This document shows, piece by piece, positions 1-11,400 of a stretch of 64,000 nucleotides of DNA; position 1 is the stretch's first letter; every line of letters begins with the position of its first letter. A program made the position numbers and the translations under genes. Location of the stretch: NCBI RefSeq assembly GCF_006345805.1, contig NW_021833266.1, forward strand, positions 1 through 64,000. The letters run 5' to 3'. The DNA is from Octopus sinensis. Taxonomy: Eukaryota. The notes below the pieces were generated by a model. That model saw nothing but the letters and a program-made list of their open reading frames with translations. It made no database searches and was not told the origin of the DNA.

Positions 1-120
1 CCTGAGCCTGGGCAACAGGAGTGTTGGACGAAACGGACTATTCAGTATTTTAAGAAGAACTTTTTAAAATTGCACTAGAGACCAAATTTCAGCAATCATT
101 CGTTGTTTTTCAAAAAAAAC

Positions 121-470
121 AATGGCTACTCGCGCGATAAATATATTCTTCAAAAAATGATGGTTATTCTGGTAAGAATCAATAAATTAATGAATAGATT
201 CTTGTAGTGATTTACTCATTCTCCAAATTTGGAATTGTTGATATTGCAAAGACAAAAAATGAAGAAGAGATTACTGAATTGTTTCGGAAAATTTTTTATG
301 GATATCAAACACCAACAATTCTGCATACCGACAATGGTAGAGAATTTAAAAATTCTAAAATGCATGCGATGTGCCTCGAGTTGGGCACTAAACAGATATT
401 TGGTAGACCTCGTGCCCTTGGATACAAGGTCAAGTTGAAAGGTAGATACAAGGTAATTTAACATTAAGAT
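121..470 (+). mobile_element. Degenerate rve-type integrase/transposase fragment (Ginger/Gypsy-like)
   Basis: ILVVIYSFSKF...LHTDNGREF...GRP motifs; apparent 26-nt GT-AG intron at 172-197; frameshifted at the 3' end. Confidence 0.65.
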
Positions 471-1060
471 TCAATCAATCAATAAAAAAGTGGATTTCGT
501 CAACAAATGCTTCAGTCTGTATAAACAAAAAAACTACAAATATGAAAATAAACAATAAAATATTAAAAATATCAAAAAGATGTGAAAAGGAATACATATG
601 AATGGAGATTAATTAATTGATGAAATAAATACAAATTCACATGCAAAATAAACTTTATGCAGAATATTTTACAAGTAGTCAAGTTAATCAATCTTCAAAC
701 AAATAAAAAACGGAAATATTATAAAAATAAAACATTTATAGCACGAAATAATGAAATAAGAATTAAAAACAAAAGCACAACAAAAGAAAGTAATATAACA
801 CGTGTAATAATTTATTGTATTTAATTAAATAAATTAAAAACATTTAAAAAATAAAATAAAAAACTTTTAACGTAAATCTATTTGAATTCAACTAAGAACG
901 TTTTTTCAGCCGGTTCAAATAATAACATATTACATATCCCTTCTAAGTTTGATGGCATACCAAATTATTGCCTTTACTCTCATTCGATTAAATTTTATTA
1001 AAATAAAACATGTAATTAAATTTTAATATTATTTTTAAATTTTGAATAGTATATATCATC

Positions 1061-2462
1061 ATGGACAGGCGCTATGTGGAGAGATTGTGGACTGGTGTCG
1101 ATTGGCGTCGAATATTTAACTACAAGCTAAAAACAATGCCCATAACCACAGTCCTCCCCGACTCAATCAAACCAAGTATGACCACACCTAATTATAGCCG
1201 ACTATATCGACGTTGAAGAAATTAATAAAAAGCCTAAACCCTCTGCAAAATGGACACATTCTTATGATAGAAACACACGCCATTACTTAGCCTCGAGCTT
1301 AGAAGAGGCAAGAAGTCGTCCTCTTTTCAAAAATGGCTATTTATTTGACCATTCTGTTGTTTTAAGGGAAGGTATCAGTAACATGACGAATATTGGCAGG
1401 AGAACCAATAGCTCAGAATCTGACGAACACATTACTGTGCCACACATCACTAAAAACAGAATCAACATCCTATTTAATTGTGGGTAACCATCATAAATAA
1501 TTTAATAGAAACAACAATTAAAATATTTAATATTAAAATCAAATATATATGACACAAAAAATGAAAAACTCCCAAAAAGACACAATCCAGCTTATCAAAT
1601 CTGGAAATTCAAATCAGAAACTGGAATTCCCGCCTCTCGATCATTGTAATTATTTCCCGCCATTATCCAAGTCAAATCCTGTTGGAAAATCTTCTGGGCC
1701 TTTGCCAAAGCTGTTCTCAGGCCTCGGAAAAGGGAGGGAGGGTCAATCTGATACATAACTATAATTTGTCCCTTAATCTATCTCACAATCCTCTTGTGAG
1801 AGTAAACGGGACTTTTCCATTTGTTTTAATGTCTAAAAGTCCACTTAATATTAATATGGAGAATTTAATTGGTTTATTTATTATTTTTTAATTAAATATT
1901 ATTTAAATAAAATATAAATAGGGTCGGCTGATGTGGAGTCAAATATTCCTGATATATACCCACTAAACCCTACAATTGATCTCATTAAAGAGTGTCCCTC
2001 AGGTATATGAGTGATTGGCCTATTAGTAGAATATGGACTAATCACTGACCACAACCCTTTGTTGTATCCACATACTATATTTGTGGACTGTTCTGAAGAT
2101 AGACTTCAAAGCGGTCAAAGATCGGCTAATGCTTTGATGTATTGCCACGCGATTTGTCTGAGTATTGCCAGGAGGAGATATGGAGTAGTCTTAGAGGGAC
2201 TGATGAGTAGGAGGGAGTCACTGGCCGTCTGGCTGAGCCTGTGACTGTTCAGTGTATAAGCAGTGACGGGATTCGATTTCACTTTATGGTGTATCAGATG
2301 AGGGCAGTGGGGTCAGGGGAGGTTAAGAACGTGGCTGTGGTGGACAGTCAGAACATGCTATTCCATAAAGTCCTCCCCAATAAGTCAATGTTGAGGAATA
2401 CAAAGTACGAGAATTTGAATATTACTGTTTTCGACAAATTACTCTCATTTTATTTGGCCTAA
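1061..2462 (+). CDS. MRPL37: Mitochondrial ribosomal protein mL37-like, 8 exons
   Basis: Hand-spliced ORF through seven GT-AG introns of 22 to ~50 nt: KLPKRHNPAYQIWKFKSETGIP, LYPHTIF, PVTVQCISSDGIRFHFMVYQ, VKNVAVVD, MLRNTKY. Confidence 0.75.
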
Positions 2463-2656
2463 TATCATTTATTTTAAAATATTTTATTTATTCTATGTTG
2501 TGAAAATAGACAAAAACACTTTGTAAAATACCAGAACTGTAGACTCCACCTCATTCATTTAATATTGTTGGCGGGAAAATTTTGAAATTTATTTATATTT
2601 TTAATTATTTAATTTGTAAATTATTATTAAATAAATAGTAGTTATTGTGGTCCAAG

Positions 2657-3158
2657 ATGGACACTCAACAGAATTGTGTCAATATGGGGTACAACGGTGA
2701 CCTGTCTCTTAATGGAAGCGTCGTCTATGACGGAGATGGCAACTCCTGGCTGGTAGTCTGCACTCCTTCGACCCCCATTGCCCCCCAGCCTGGCTATGCC
2801 CCTTTCAAGTCACTCAACGATGCCCTCAGACGTCTACAGGAAGTCAAATATACTCTGGACAGACAACAGCCCCATTCCACCACCCCTGAACACTCCCCGA
2901 CACCAAATCTGGGGGAAATAGCCCGGGACATCGAGGACCGACTGAGGTCTACATTGTGGAGAGTGTCGACTGTATAATGACTGGTTTATTGGTAAGAGAG
3001 AACAACACCCGGAAGATGAGGTTATGCTCAGTCGACAGTATTTGGAGGACGAGACTGCCTTCGTGATGGAGGAACGGTGGAGAATACTCAAAGAGAGCTC
3101 AGCTAAGGACGACTTGATTCCACTATCCTCTATGACTCACTGCTATAGAGATAAATAA
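2657..3158 (+). CDS. Orphan protein (~155 aa), 2 exons
   Basis: GC-rich ORF from ATG 2657; removing a 34-nt GT-AG intron (2963-2996) extends the frame to TAA 3158; no recognised family. Confidence 0.55.
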
Positions 3159-3959
3159 TCTTAAATTGTTTTTTAATAAAAATTGTTGAGATTGGGATTC
3201 GATGTTGAGAACATCTTGTTTACGGGTATTAATCAGCAAGTTATGTGTTATAAAAACATGTAAAATGAAAAAAATTACATAATTTATTTGAAAAAAATTT
3301 ATTTGAACTGCAAATTGTTATAAAATTGCCAGTCAGATCTATGCATTATTGAAAGTTTAGGAGACGATGTTGATCCTGATTTATTTAGTCTTACAAGAAA
3401 CTGAAAACTTTGTTTAGACTCACGTCGTCGAATTCCTCAATGGTTTATAGAATGTCGAGATTGTCTCCATGCGTTTAAACTCATTTAAGAAAAAATTTGA
3501 ACAGTTTTTAGAAAGGTTATTTTTAGTGAAAGTGGAAACCACTTTGGAACATTTAGTTGATTGTTTTTTAGCATGAAATTATGTGTGCTTTTTTAATTTA
3601 CTCACTAAATTTTGCACTGTTTGATATTACATTTCCGGAATTTGTTTCCGAAATTTGTATTAATAAATTTCCTACTTTCACTCAATTTGAATTAATTAAA
3701 TGGTGTTTAAGCATAGTGGAAAAATTTAGAACAAATAAAGCAGTGTTTTAATTAAAATTGATTAAATAAATAAAATTGAAAATAGTATAAAGGTTGAAAA
3801 ATATTGTTTGTAAAAAAAAGAATAGAAAATTTAAATAAATATACAATGTACAGACGTCGAAGTTTCTTTTAAATTAAATATTAAGTCTTAATTTAGAAAT
3901 TAATGTTTATAAATTATTTCCATGTTTAATATTTCTATGTTTTCGGAAGTATTTTTCGC

Positions 3960-4170
3960 TTGCGGAGAAGTACCAATTCCTACTTTTCACAGTTGCGACT
4001 TCCGGTTCCTTGTGTGGAAAGGCAATCAGCTTCGTTCAGGAGATCAAGTCTTGGATATCTACATTTACAGGCGACACCCGCGAATCGAGATGGTTTTTTG
4101 AGCGGATATCTCTTCGATAGTATGCTCTAATTCTTTCTCGATCGCGTCAGCTTCTCGCCTGGCGAACTAG
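3960..4170 (+). mobile_element. 3' remnant of a CRE-like non-LTR retrotransposon (RLE tail)
   Basis: TSGSLCGKAISFVQEIKSWISTFTGDTRESRWFFERISL resembles the GDPRE..LFQRISVA tail of other copies in the window. Confidence 0.55.
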
Positions 4171-5529
4171 AGATGTAGGTTTATTAAATTAATGTCGCAT
4201 CTTGATTTTTTCCAAATTCAAAAATATTAAAAAATCATATTAAACTCAGAATTGTTTTTATTTTCAATATATGGGTGATTAATAGCTTATATTAAGCTGA
4301 TAAAGATTATTTTATCGATAGTCGCATTTTTATAACTTTTTTGCAAAAAAGATTTTTCAAGTAAAATAATGACATACAGAATATTGAGTGATCTCATGTG
4401 TAGGCCCTAACTGTTTATTAGTAAGCACATTCACTGTGGATGGTCATATTTATTGACAACAATTAATGAAATATATCAAAAGTAAAGTCGGGATCAATTC
4501 ATAGGTACAGTAAAATATATTAAAACACGCAAAAATACATTTTTGCTCCACTTAACTTCTCTTTACTTTGGAAAAAATTAACATTTTTGCCAAATTTTTA
4601 GAATTGTGCAGAGCCTTAAAATTCTAATCAATACGTTTACTTCAATAGTCTTCCAAAAAATTATTTTTTGATTCAATAATTTTTATTTTAGAATGGATTT
4701 TAATAAAATTAGTCATATAAGTATAAATAAAATAAAAATTTTTAAATGTATGCCATCGTACTTGTGCTGACCTATTTTGTCATAAGTGATAAGATTTACA
4801 TGGATAACTCAGAAAATCAATCTCCAGAAGAATTGGAATGGCAGAAATTTATTCGTGATTTCAGTTATATATTGTAATCTACTATTAAAGACAGAACATA
4901 CACTGGGGACGAATTAATTGAAAGAAAAAAAATTTTCATGAAAAACTTGGAAATAATAAATGAACACAATTCTCAAAAAACAAAGACTTTCGAAATGGGA
5001 GTCAATCATATGGCTGATATGGTTTTCTCCACTTGGTAGATTTCTAGAATGAACAAGAACTTCAAAATTTTCACGGTTTTGGGGATCAAATGACACTTTA
5101 ACCTTTCAGTCTTTAAAGAACTAAATATCTTAACTAATAATTTCTCTAATTCTAAAATATTTTTTGGGTTAATTATTTAACAAATTCGTTAATCATTATC
5201 CTATTACATCAAATTCGTCATTTCCAGTGAATTGTGATGATGACTTTAAATTTCAATTCTTAGTGTATTCAGTTTCAAGTTTATTACGGATACTCTTTTT
5301 TAAAATTCATTTCAGTTTCGTAGCTGTTTGTCTCCAAAAACTCGTCATTGCGTATTTCATCCGAATAAATCCTTAGTATGTAGCGCCAGATTATAAATGG
5401 ATAGATATGTAACAATATAATTTAATTATTTTCTTTTTTTGGATAAATTTGTATTATTTTGATTAGTTTTAGATCCTGATTTGTGTGTTTGCTAAAGCAA
5501 AAATCAGAAATGACAACACTAAAATATTG

Positions 5530-6085
5530 TGGTCTTCGACTCCTGACAACACTAAGATCCTTGGCGTGGTCTTCGACTCCTTAATGACGTTCTCAAGTCA
5601 CGTGGAGGAGGCCCTAGCTAAAGGTCTTCGGAAGTGGAACGTCTTGAAAGCTCTGTTAAAGAAGAGTCCCTTCCCCCTGAAAGCTGTGTCAGCAAGGTCT
5701 ACCAACAAGTGATTGCCCCGACGGTTGAGTATTCATGCTCAGCCTGGAGTTTGCAATTGCTTGTTCGAAAGCAAACGTTTGAACTCACTCAGAAGGAAGA
5801 TTATGCTCCACACTGACACCTCAGTTGGCAGCCTTGCTTCTGAGGAGGCGACGCAGAAGAATGGACAGGGTTTCCTATGTTTCTGCAAGGAACTGGGAAA
5901 CCCATTCAAGGAAAAGGTGCCCCATGCAGAGGAATTTCAGTCGGTTATAAAGAAATGAACTCCGATTGAGTTCCTCTGCAGAAGGAAGAGAAGGCGTTTC
6001 CGGGTTACGGTTGGGTCATCAGAAGATCATGTAAGGAGAGTATGGCTGTTGTTGGAGGCAGGGATCACCTAATTAGTTAGTTCTG
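5530..6085 (+). mobile_element. 5'-truncated degenerate LINE (RT thumb region to 3' end)
   Basis: KILGVVFDSLMTFSSHV...KVYQQVIAPTVEYSCSAWS; ends in gggatcaccta like the copy at ~33180. Confidence 0.7.
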
Positions 6086-6853
6086 ACCTATCTTTCTCGG
6101 TGATCTTGGAGTTAATAATTTTATTTACTTCTAACAACAATATATATGTCGTCCATCAAGGCGCTCAATTCTATCATTTTGTGGGGAGTAAGAAGCTTTG
6201 CAAGTTCAAAGAAACCGAAATAGTCGAAAATGAGTAATAGTGAAAGTCGTGAATTAGTCTATACCAGTGTTTCTAAATTCGTTTTCATTTCGCAGCCCAA
6301 AATTTTAAAAACCAACTGAGCACCCCCGTTTTTATTAAAAAAATAGTCAGATTCTTTGAAATTTCGCTTTCTTTTAGTTTTAATTAATTCTTCGGAACGC
6401 GGTTTTTTGTTTGCTAATGCAATTCTGAGATTTTTTCAGGGCTAAGAAAGTTTCTATTCTTATTTGTTTATATATAGTAGAGATAAAAATCCAGATTCGC
6501 ATAGTCAAGTTGTTGCAAATGGTACCAGAACTTTTCTTTGCAAGTTTAGGAATCTAACGCAAACCGAACCAAAAAACCTCTAAAGAATTGATTGGTTACA
6601 AATTATTAGTGATTTAGATGCTTGCAATTCAATTAATTTGTTTTTAACAATCTTTTCTATCATCTATTTTTTATTTTTAAAACAAATCGATTAATGTTAA
6701 TGTATCAGAATTTTTAATAACTAGCTCAGCAGTTCGCTTCGCTCACTGCGAGCTAGCTCCTGCGGAGGCCCTGCTCGCTACGCTCGCAGTTTCCTTAATA
6801 ACTATAAATTTATGTAGATATATAAATGCGACCTGCTTTGATATAACCTTATT

Positions 6854-7680
6854 CTAAGGCCTGTGGATAAACGATGTTTGCAGTCCGTCCATCCTTGGCA
6901 AATATAAATAAATTTCTCTTCTACCTACCCTTGAGCACCCCACATACAGCTGGCCATGTGAAAAGCACTCGTTCTCTAAAAATAAGCCTACTACCTTTAA
7001 GACTGTCCCTGGGCCTTGTTTATTGTCATAGCAAAACTTATCTTCAGCGGAAATTGTAGTCTCTAAATCTATCGCAGGCCCTTTCATGGTCCATAATAAC
7101 GTCGACCGATTTATATATTCTTTCTCTGCCAGGGATTTTCATTAATAAATCTAAATTTATATTAAGTACCTCATCATTAAGTGGAGCTAATATAGCTCGT
7201 TCACGCAGCCAGTCGAAATTCACGTAGTGTTCAGATAGTTCGGAATAGACGGCATTGAATAATTCTTCTGCTGTTTCTACGAAAATACATAATTCTTCCG
7301 GTAGCCTAATTTTCTGGTCGTGCATTTCTGAAGTGATTGCCCCATTTCCAATATCTAGAAGGATTTGTGGGAATATGCTATTAACGCCTTGTAAATGTGC
7401 ATGTACATTTACATCTAAGCTTACCTTTTTCACGTGTGTCCACAAATATGACGATTTGAGGCAGGCATTCAATTCATCCGCAGGCGTCCCTCTTTGAATA
7501 ATTGGCAGCGTCTGTCTAAAATCACCTGCCAATACAACTAATGCTCCCCCAAACAAATGGTCGCTACAATTCTTGATATCTCTATATGTTCGGTCAACTG
7601 CTTGAATGCGCCTTTATGAGCCATCGTACATTCATCCCAAACAATTAACCTAGAATGCATAATTCTATTACCCGTAGTTG
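6854..7680 (-). pseudogene. Helitron RepHel PIF1 helicase C-terminal remnant
   Basis: LIVWDECTMAHK, FGGALVVLAGDFRQTLPI, ERAILAPLN, CFSHGQLYVGCSRV; frameshifts and an internal deletion. Confidence 0.9.
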
Positions 7681-8364
7681 AGTCTAACAGCAGTCCTGAC
7701 CTTGTTCAGCTGTTGTCTAAGTTCCCTCACCATTTAAGCACATCTTCCCTCGTTTCTCTTTTTTTGTTATATGGTTCATATTCTCTTGTTTGTTAACATT
7801 CTCAGATCTCTCTTTATAGGACATTCTTATGATTTTGTAAACGCGAATCAGTAATTTATATTAAATTTTCTACGTAAATTTATTTAGTGAAATTTATGTA
7901 AAGTGTATTATCCAATCAAAGCCATTATACTTAATTGCCTCTATGTTTAAAGGAATTGAAACTTTAGCATAATCGAACTTGTCTGTTTCGGTAAAGAAAA
8001 TGATAATCAGCTTCATCTTTGTAGTATTATAAGGAAAAAAATTAAAGCCTGTTAATCAAGGAGATTTAAATATAGGCAAATTGAAATTTACATGACTAAT
8101 TTAAATTTTATTTGCCTCTATCTTTTAAGAAATCTAAACAGTAGCATAATCGAATTTGTCAGTTTCGGCAGTTAAAAAGGATCAATTATGTAAATCTCTA
8201 ATAATTTGCTTTTCCTTTTTAGTGGTTTTCAAAATCTGATAATTGCACAGTCTATTCATGGTCGATAACAATTAGAGCTTTTATTTTATTTTTTAACGAA
8301 AATTTAACAAAAAAGAATTTATGTCATCGAAAAAAGATAGCTAAGCTAATTAATGGCCTCACGA

Positions 8365-10533
8365 GGCTTGAAGGTTGTGGAGGACCTCATCATGTGAGTC
8401 GAGGACTTTCTTGTCGTTCATTTTAACAAAAACGCAGAAAATATTTTTTTTTAATTTTTGGCTTGAAGGTTTTGGGGGACCAATCATGTGAGTCGAGGAC
8501 TTTCTTGTTGTTCATTTAACAAAAACGCAGAAAATAATTTTTTTTAATTTTTTGGCTTGAAGGTTTTGAGGGACCACATCATGTGAGTCGAGGACTTTCT
8601 TGTTGTTCATTTTAACAAAAACGCAGAAAATAATTTTTTTTAATTTTTTGGCTTGAAGGTTTTGAGGGACCACATCATGTGAGTCGAGGACTTTCTTGTT
8701 GTTCATTTTAACAAAAACGCAGAAAATAATTTTTTTAATTTTTTGGCTTGAAGGTTTTGGGGGACCACATCATGTGAGTCGAGGACTTTCTTGTTGTTTA
8801 TTTTAAAAAAAACGCAGAAAATAATTTTTTTTAATTTTTTGGCTTGAAAGTTTTGGGGGACCACATCATGTGAGTCGAGGACTTTCTTGTTGTTCATTTA
8901 ACAAAAAACGCAAAACGCAGAAAATAATTTTTTTAATTTTTTACCTTGAAGGTTTTGGGGGACCACATCATGTGAGTCGAGGACTTTCTTGTTGTTCATT
9001 TTAACAAAAACGCAGAAAATAATTTTTTTAATTTTTTGGCTTGAAAGTTTTGGGGGACCACATCATGTGAGTCGAGGACTTTCTGTTGTTCATTTTAACA
9101 AAAACGCAGAAAATAATTTTTTTTAATTTTTTACCTTGAAGGTTTTGGGGGACCACATCATGTGAGTCGAGGACTTTCTTGTTGTTCATTTTAAAAAACG
9201 CAGAAAATAATTTTTTTTAATTTTTGGCTTGAAGGTTTTGGGGGACCACATCATGTGAGTCGAGGACTTTCTTGTTGTTCATTTTAACAAAAACGCAGAA
9301 AATAATTTTTTTATTTTTTAGCTTGAAGGTTTTGGGGGACCACATCATGTGAGTGAGGACTTTCTTGTTGTTCATTTAACAAAAACGCAGAAAATAATTT
9401 TTTTAATTTTTTGGCTTGAAAGTTTTGGGGGACCACATCATGTGAGTCGAGGACTTTCTTGTTGTTCATTTTAACAAAAACGCAGAAAATAATTTTTTTA
9501 ATTTTTTACCTTGAAGTTTTTGGGGGACCACATCATGTGAGTCGAGGACTTTCTTGTTGTTCATTTTAACAAAAACGCAGAAAATAATTTTTTTAATTTT
9601 TTACCTTGAAGGTTTTGGGGGACCACATCATGTGAGTCGAGGACTTTCTTGTTGTTCATTTTAACAAAAACGCAGAAAATAATTTTTTTAATTTTTTACC
9701 TTGAAGGTTTTGGGGGACCACATCATGTGAGTCGAGGACTTTCTTGTTGTTCATTTTAACAAAAACACAGAAATAATTTTTTTAATTTTTTGGCTTGAAG
9801 GTTTTGGGGGACCACATCATGTGAGTCGAGGACTTTCTTGTTGTTCATTTTAACAAAAACGCAGAAAATAATTTTTTTTAATTTTTGGCTTGAAGGTTTT
9901 GGGGGACCACATCATGTGAGTCGAGGACTTTCTTGTTGTTCATTTTAACAAAAACGCAGAAAATAATTTTTTTAATTTTTTGGCTTGAAGGTTTTGGGGG
10001 ACCACATCATGTGAGTCGAGGACTTTCTTGTTGTTCATTTTAACAAAAACGTAAAGTTATTTTTTTTTTTAACAAAAACGCAGCGAAAATAATTTTTTTA
10101 ATTTTTGGCTTGAAGGTTTTGGGGGACCACATCATGTGAGTCGAGGACTTTCTTGTTGTTCATTTTAACAAAAACGCAGAAAATAATTTTTTTAATTTTT
10201 TGGCTTGAAGGTTTTGGGGGACCACATCATGTGAGTCGAGGACTTTCTTGTTGTTCATTTTAACAAAAACGTAAAGTTATTTTTTTTTTTAACAAAAACG
10301 CAGAAAATAATTTTTTTTAATTTTTTGGCTTGAAGGTTTTGGGGGACCACATCATGTGAGTCGAGGACTTTCTTGTTGTTCATTTTACAAAAAACGCAGA
10401 AAGAAAATAATTTTTTTAATTTTTTGGCTTGAAGGTTTTGGGGGACCACATCATGTGAGTCGAGGACTTTCTTGTTGTTCATTTTAACAAAAACGCAGAA
10501 AATTGACTTGAAGGTTTTGGGGGACCTCATCAT
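8365..10533. repeat. Tandem array of a ~95-96-bp unit, ~23 copies
   Basis: Unit ggcttgaaggttttgggggaccacatcatgtgagtcgaggactttcttgttgttcattttaacaaaaacgcagaaaataatttttttaatttttt repeated head-to-tail. Confidence 0.97.
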
Positions 10534-10680
10534 CGAGGATATTCTTTCTTATTAAAATTTTTTGACAGGAAGGTTCTTAGAGGATATCAACCTTTTATTG
10601 TGCCTCATTATCGAATAACTACAAAAGGGAAGGTTTTGACAATTTGATCTGGTTTGTAACAATTTGAATGTGGGTGTGCA

Positions 10681-10742
10681 CAGACAGACAGACAGACACA
10701 CAGACAGACAGACAGACACACAGACAGACAGACAGACACACA
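10681..10742. repeat. (GACA)n microsatellite near the Helitron 5' end
   Basis: cagacagacagacagacaca repeated three times. Confidence 0.95.
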
Positions 10743-11400
10743 CCATACCATTTTATTATTAAGATTATACGAAGAAAATATCCTTCAACTGAATTTTTAT
10801 AAAATTCAAAATAATTTCTGATTTCTTTGTTAATTTTTTTATCAAAAATCAAGTCGGAATCAATATCAACTTGATCAAAAATTGGCAAAACTATTGTCTG
10901 AATACTGCAAATCTACAAGAAAAGTTTATTCTTGAAGGCATTTAGACTGTTAAAAGCATTAACAAAAGGTCTGGACCCAGAACTGTTGTCACAATTTCCA
11001 ACGAACACTTTTTAATAAGCGTTTCCGCAATAGTATGCGATTTCTTTATTGCTAAAAGTAACAGTTTGTCAATGGATATAAATACATGTTTCGGAAGCGT
11101 TCCTTTAATATCTTCTCGGACTTTTTTAGCCTTGAAAAATTCGAAATCCTTTCCTGAATAATTTCACTGTTTTTTTAATATCAAATCATAATTTAAGTTC
11201 CCGATAATCATTTCTCTTTCTGCTTACCAGGTCCCCCAGTTTAATAAGGAATTTTTAAATTCGTTCATATTAACCAAATGAGCAAATCAGAAATATATAA
11301 GAAAATTAAAAATAATTTAATAATTGATTATAAAATATTAAATCCTAGTACAACATCGTGTCCACGTTGTGCACGTTAATATAAATTTTAGTAGATAAAA

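Larger units (their letters stand above)
6721..10764 (-). mobile_element. Internally deleted Helitron (~4.0 kb)
   Basis: Minus strand begins A|TCTTAATAATAAAA followed by (TGTC)n and ends with hairpin GCAGT-gagcgaagcga-ACTGC plus CTAG|T; carries a PIF1 helicase remnant. Confidence 0.85.
6265..11270 (-). mobile_element. Decayed Buster/ZBED5-type hAT element, split by a Helitron
   Basis: CAGTGTTTCT terminus at 6265; dimerisation-domain remnant VLVPFATT.LCESGF (~6400-6540); N-terminal remnant KDFEFFKAK...KKSHTIAETLIK (~11000-11155). Confidence 0.6.

Noticed and set aside
8365-10533. CRISPR-like array, or repeat-protein ORFs (MNNKKVLDSHDVVPQ...)
   Set aside because: Units are contiguous with no unique spacers, there are no cas genes, and homopolymer length variation breaks the frames; it is a satellite.
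11355-11380. ACGT-core promoter motif upstream of several genes
   Set aside because: Present near CCT8, DOHH and DCAF13 but absent from others, and too short to distinguish from chance by eye.
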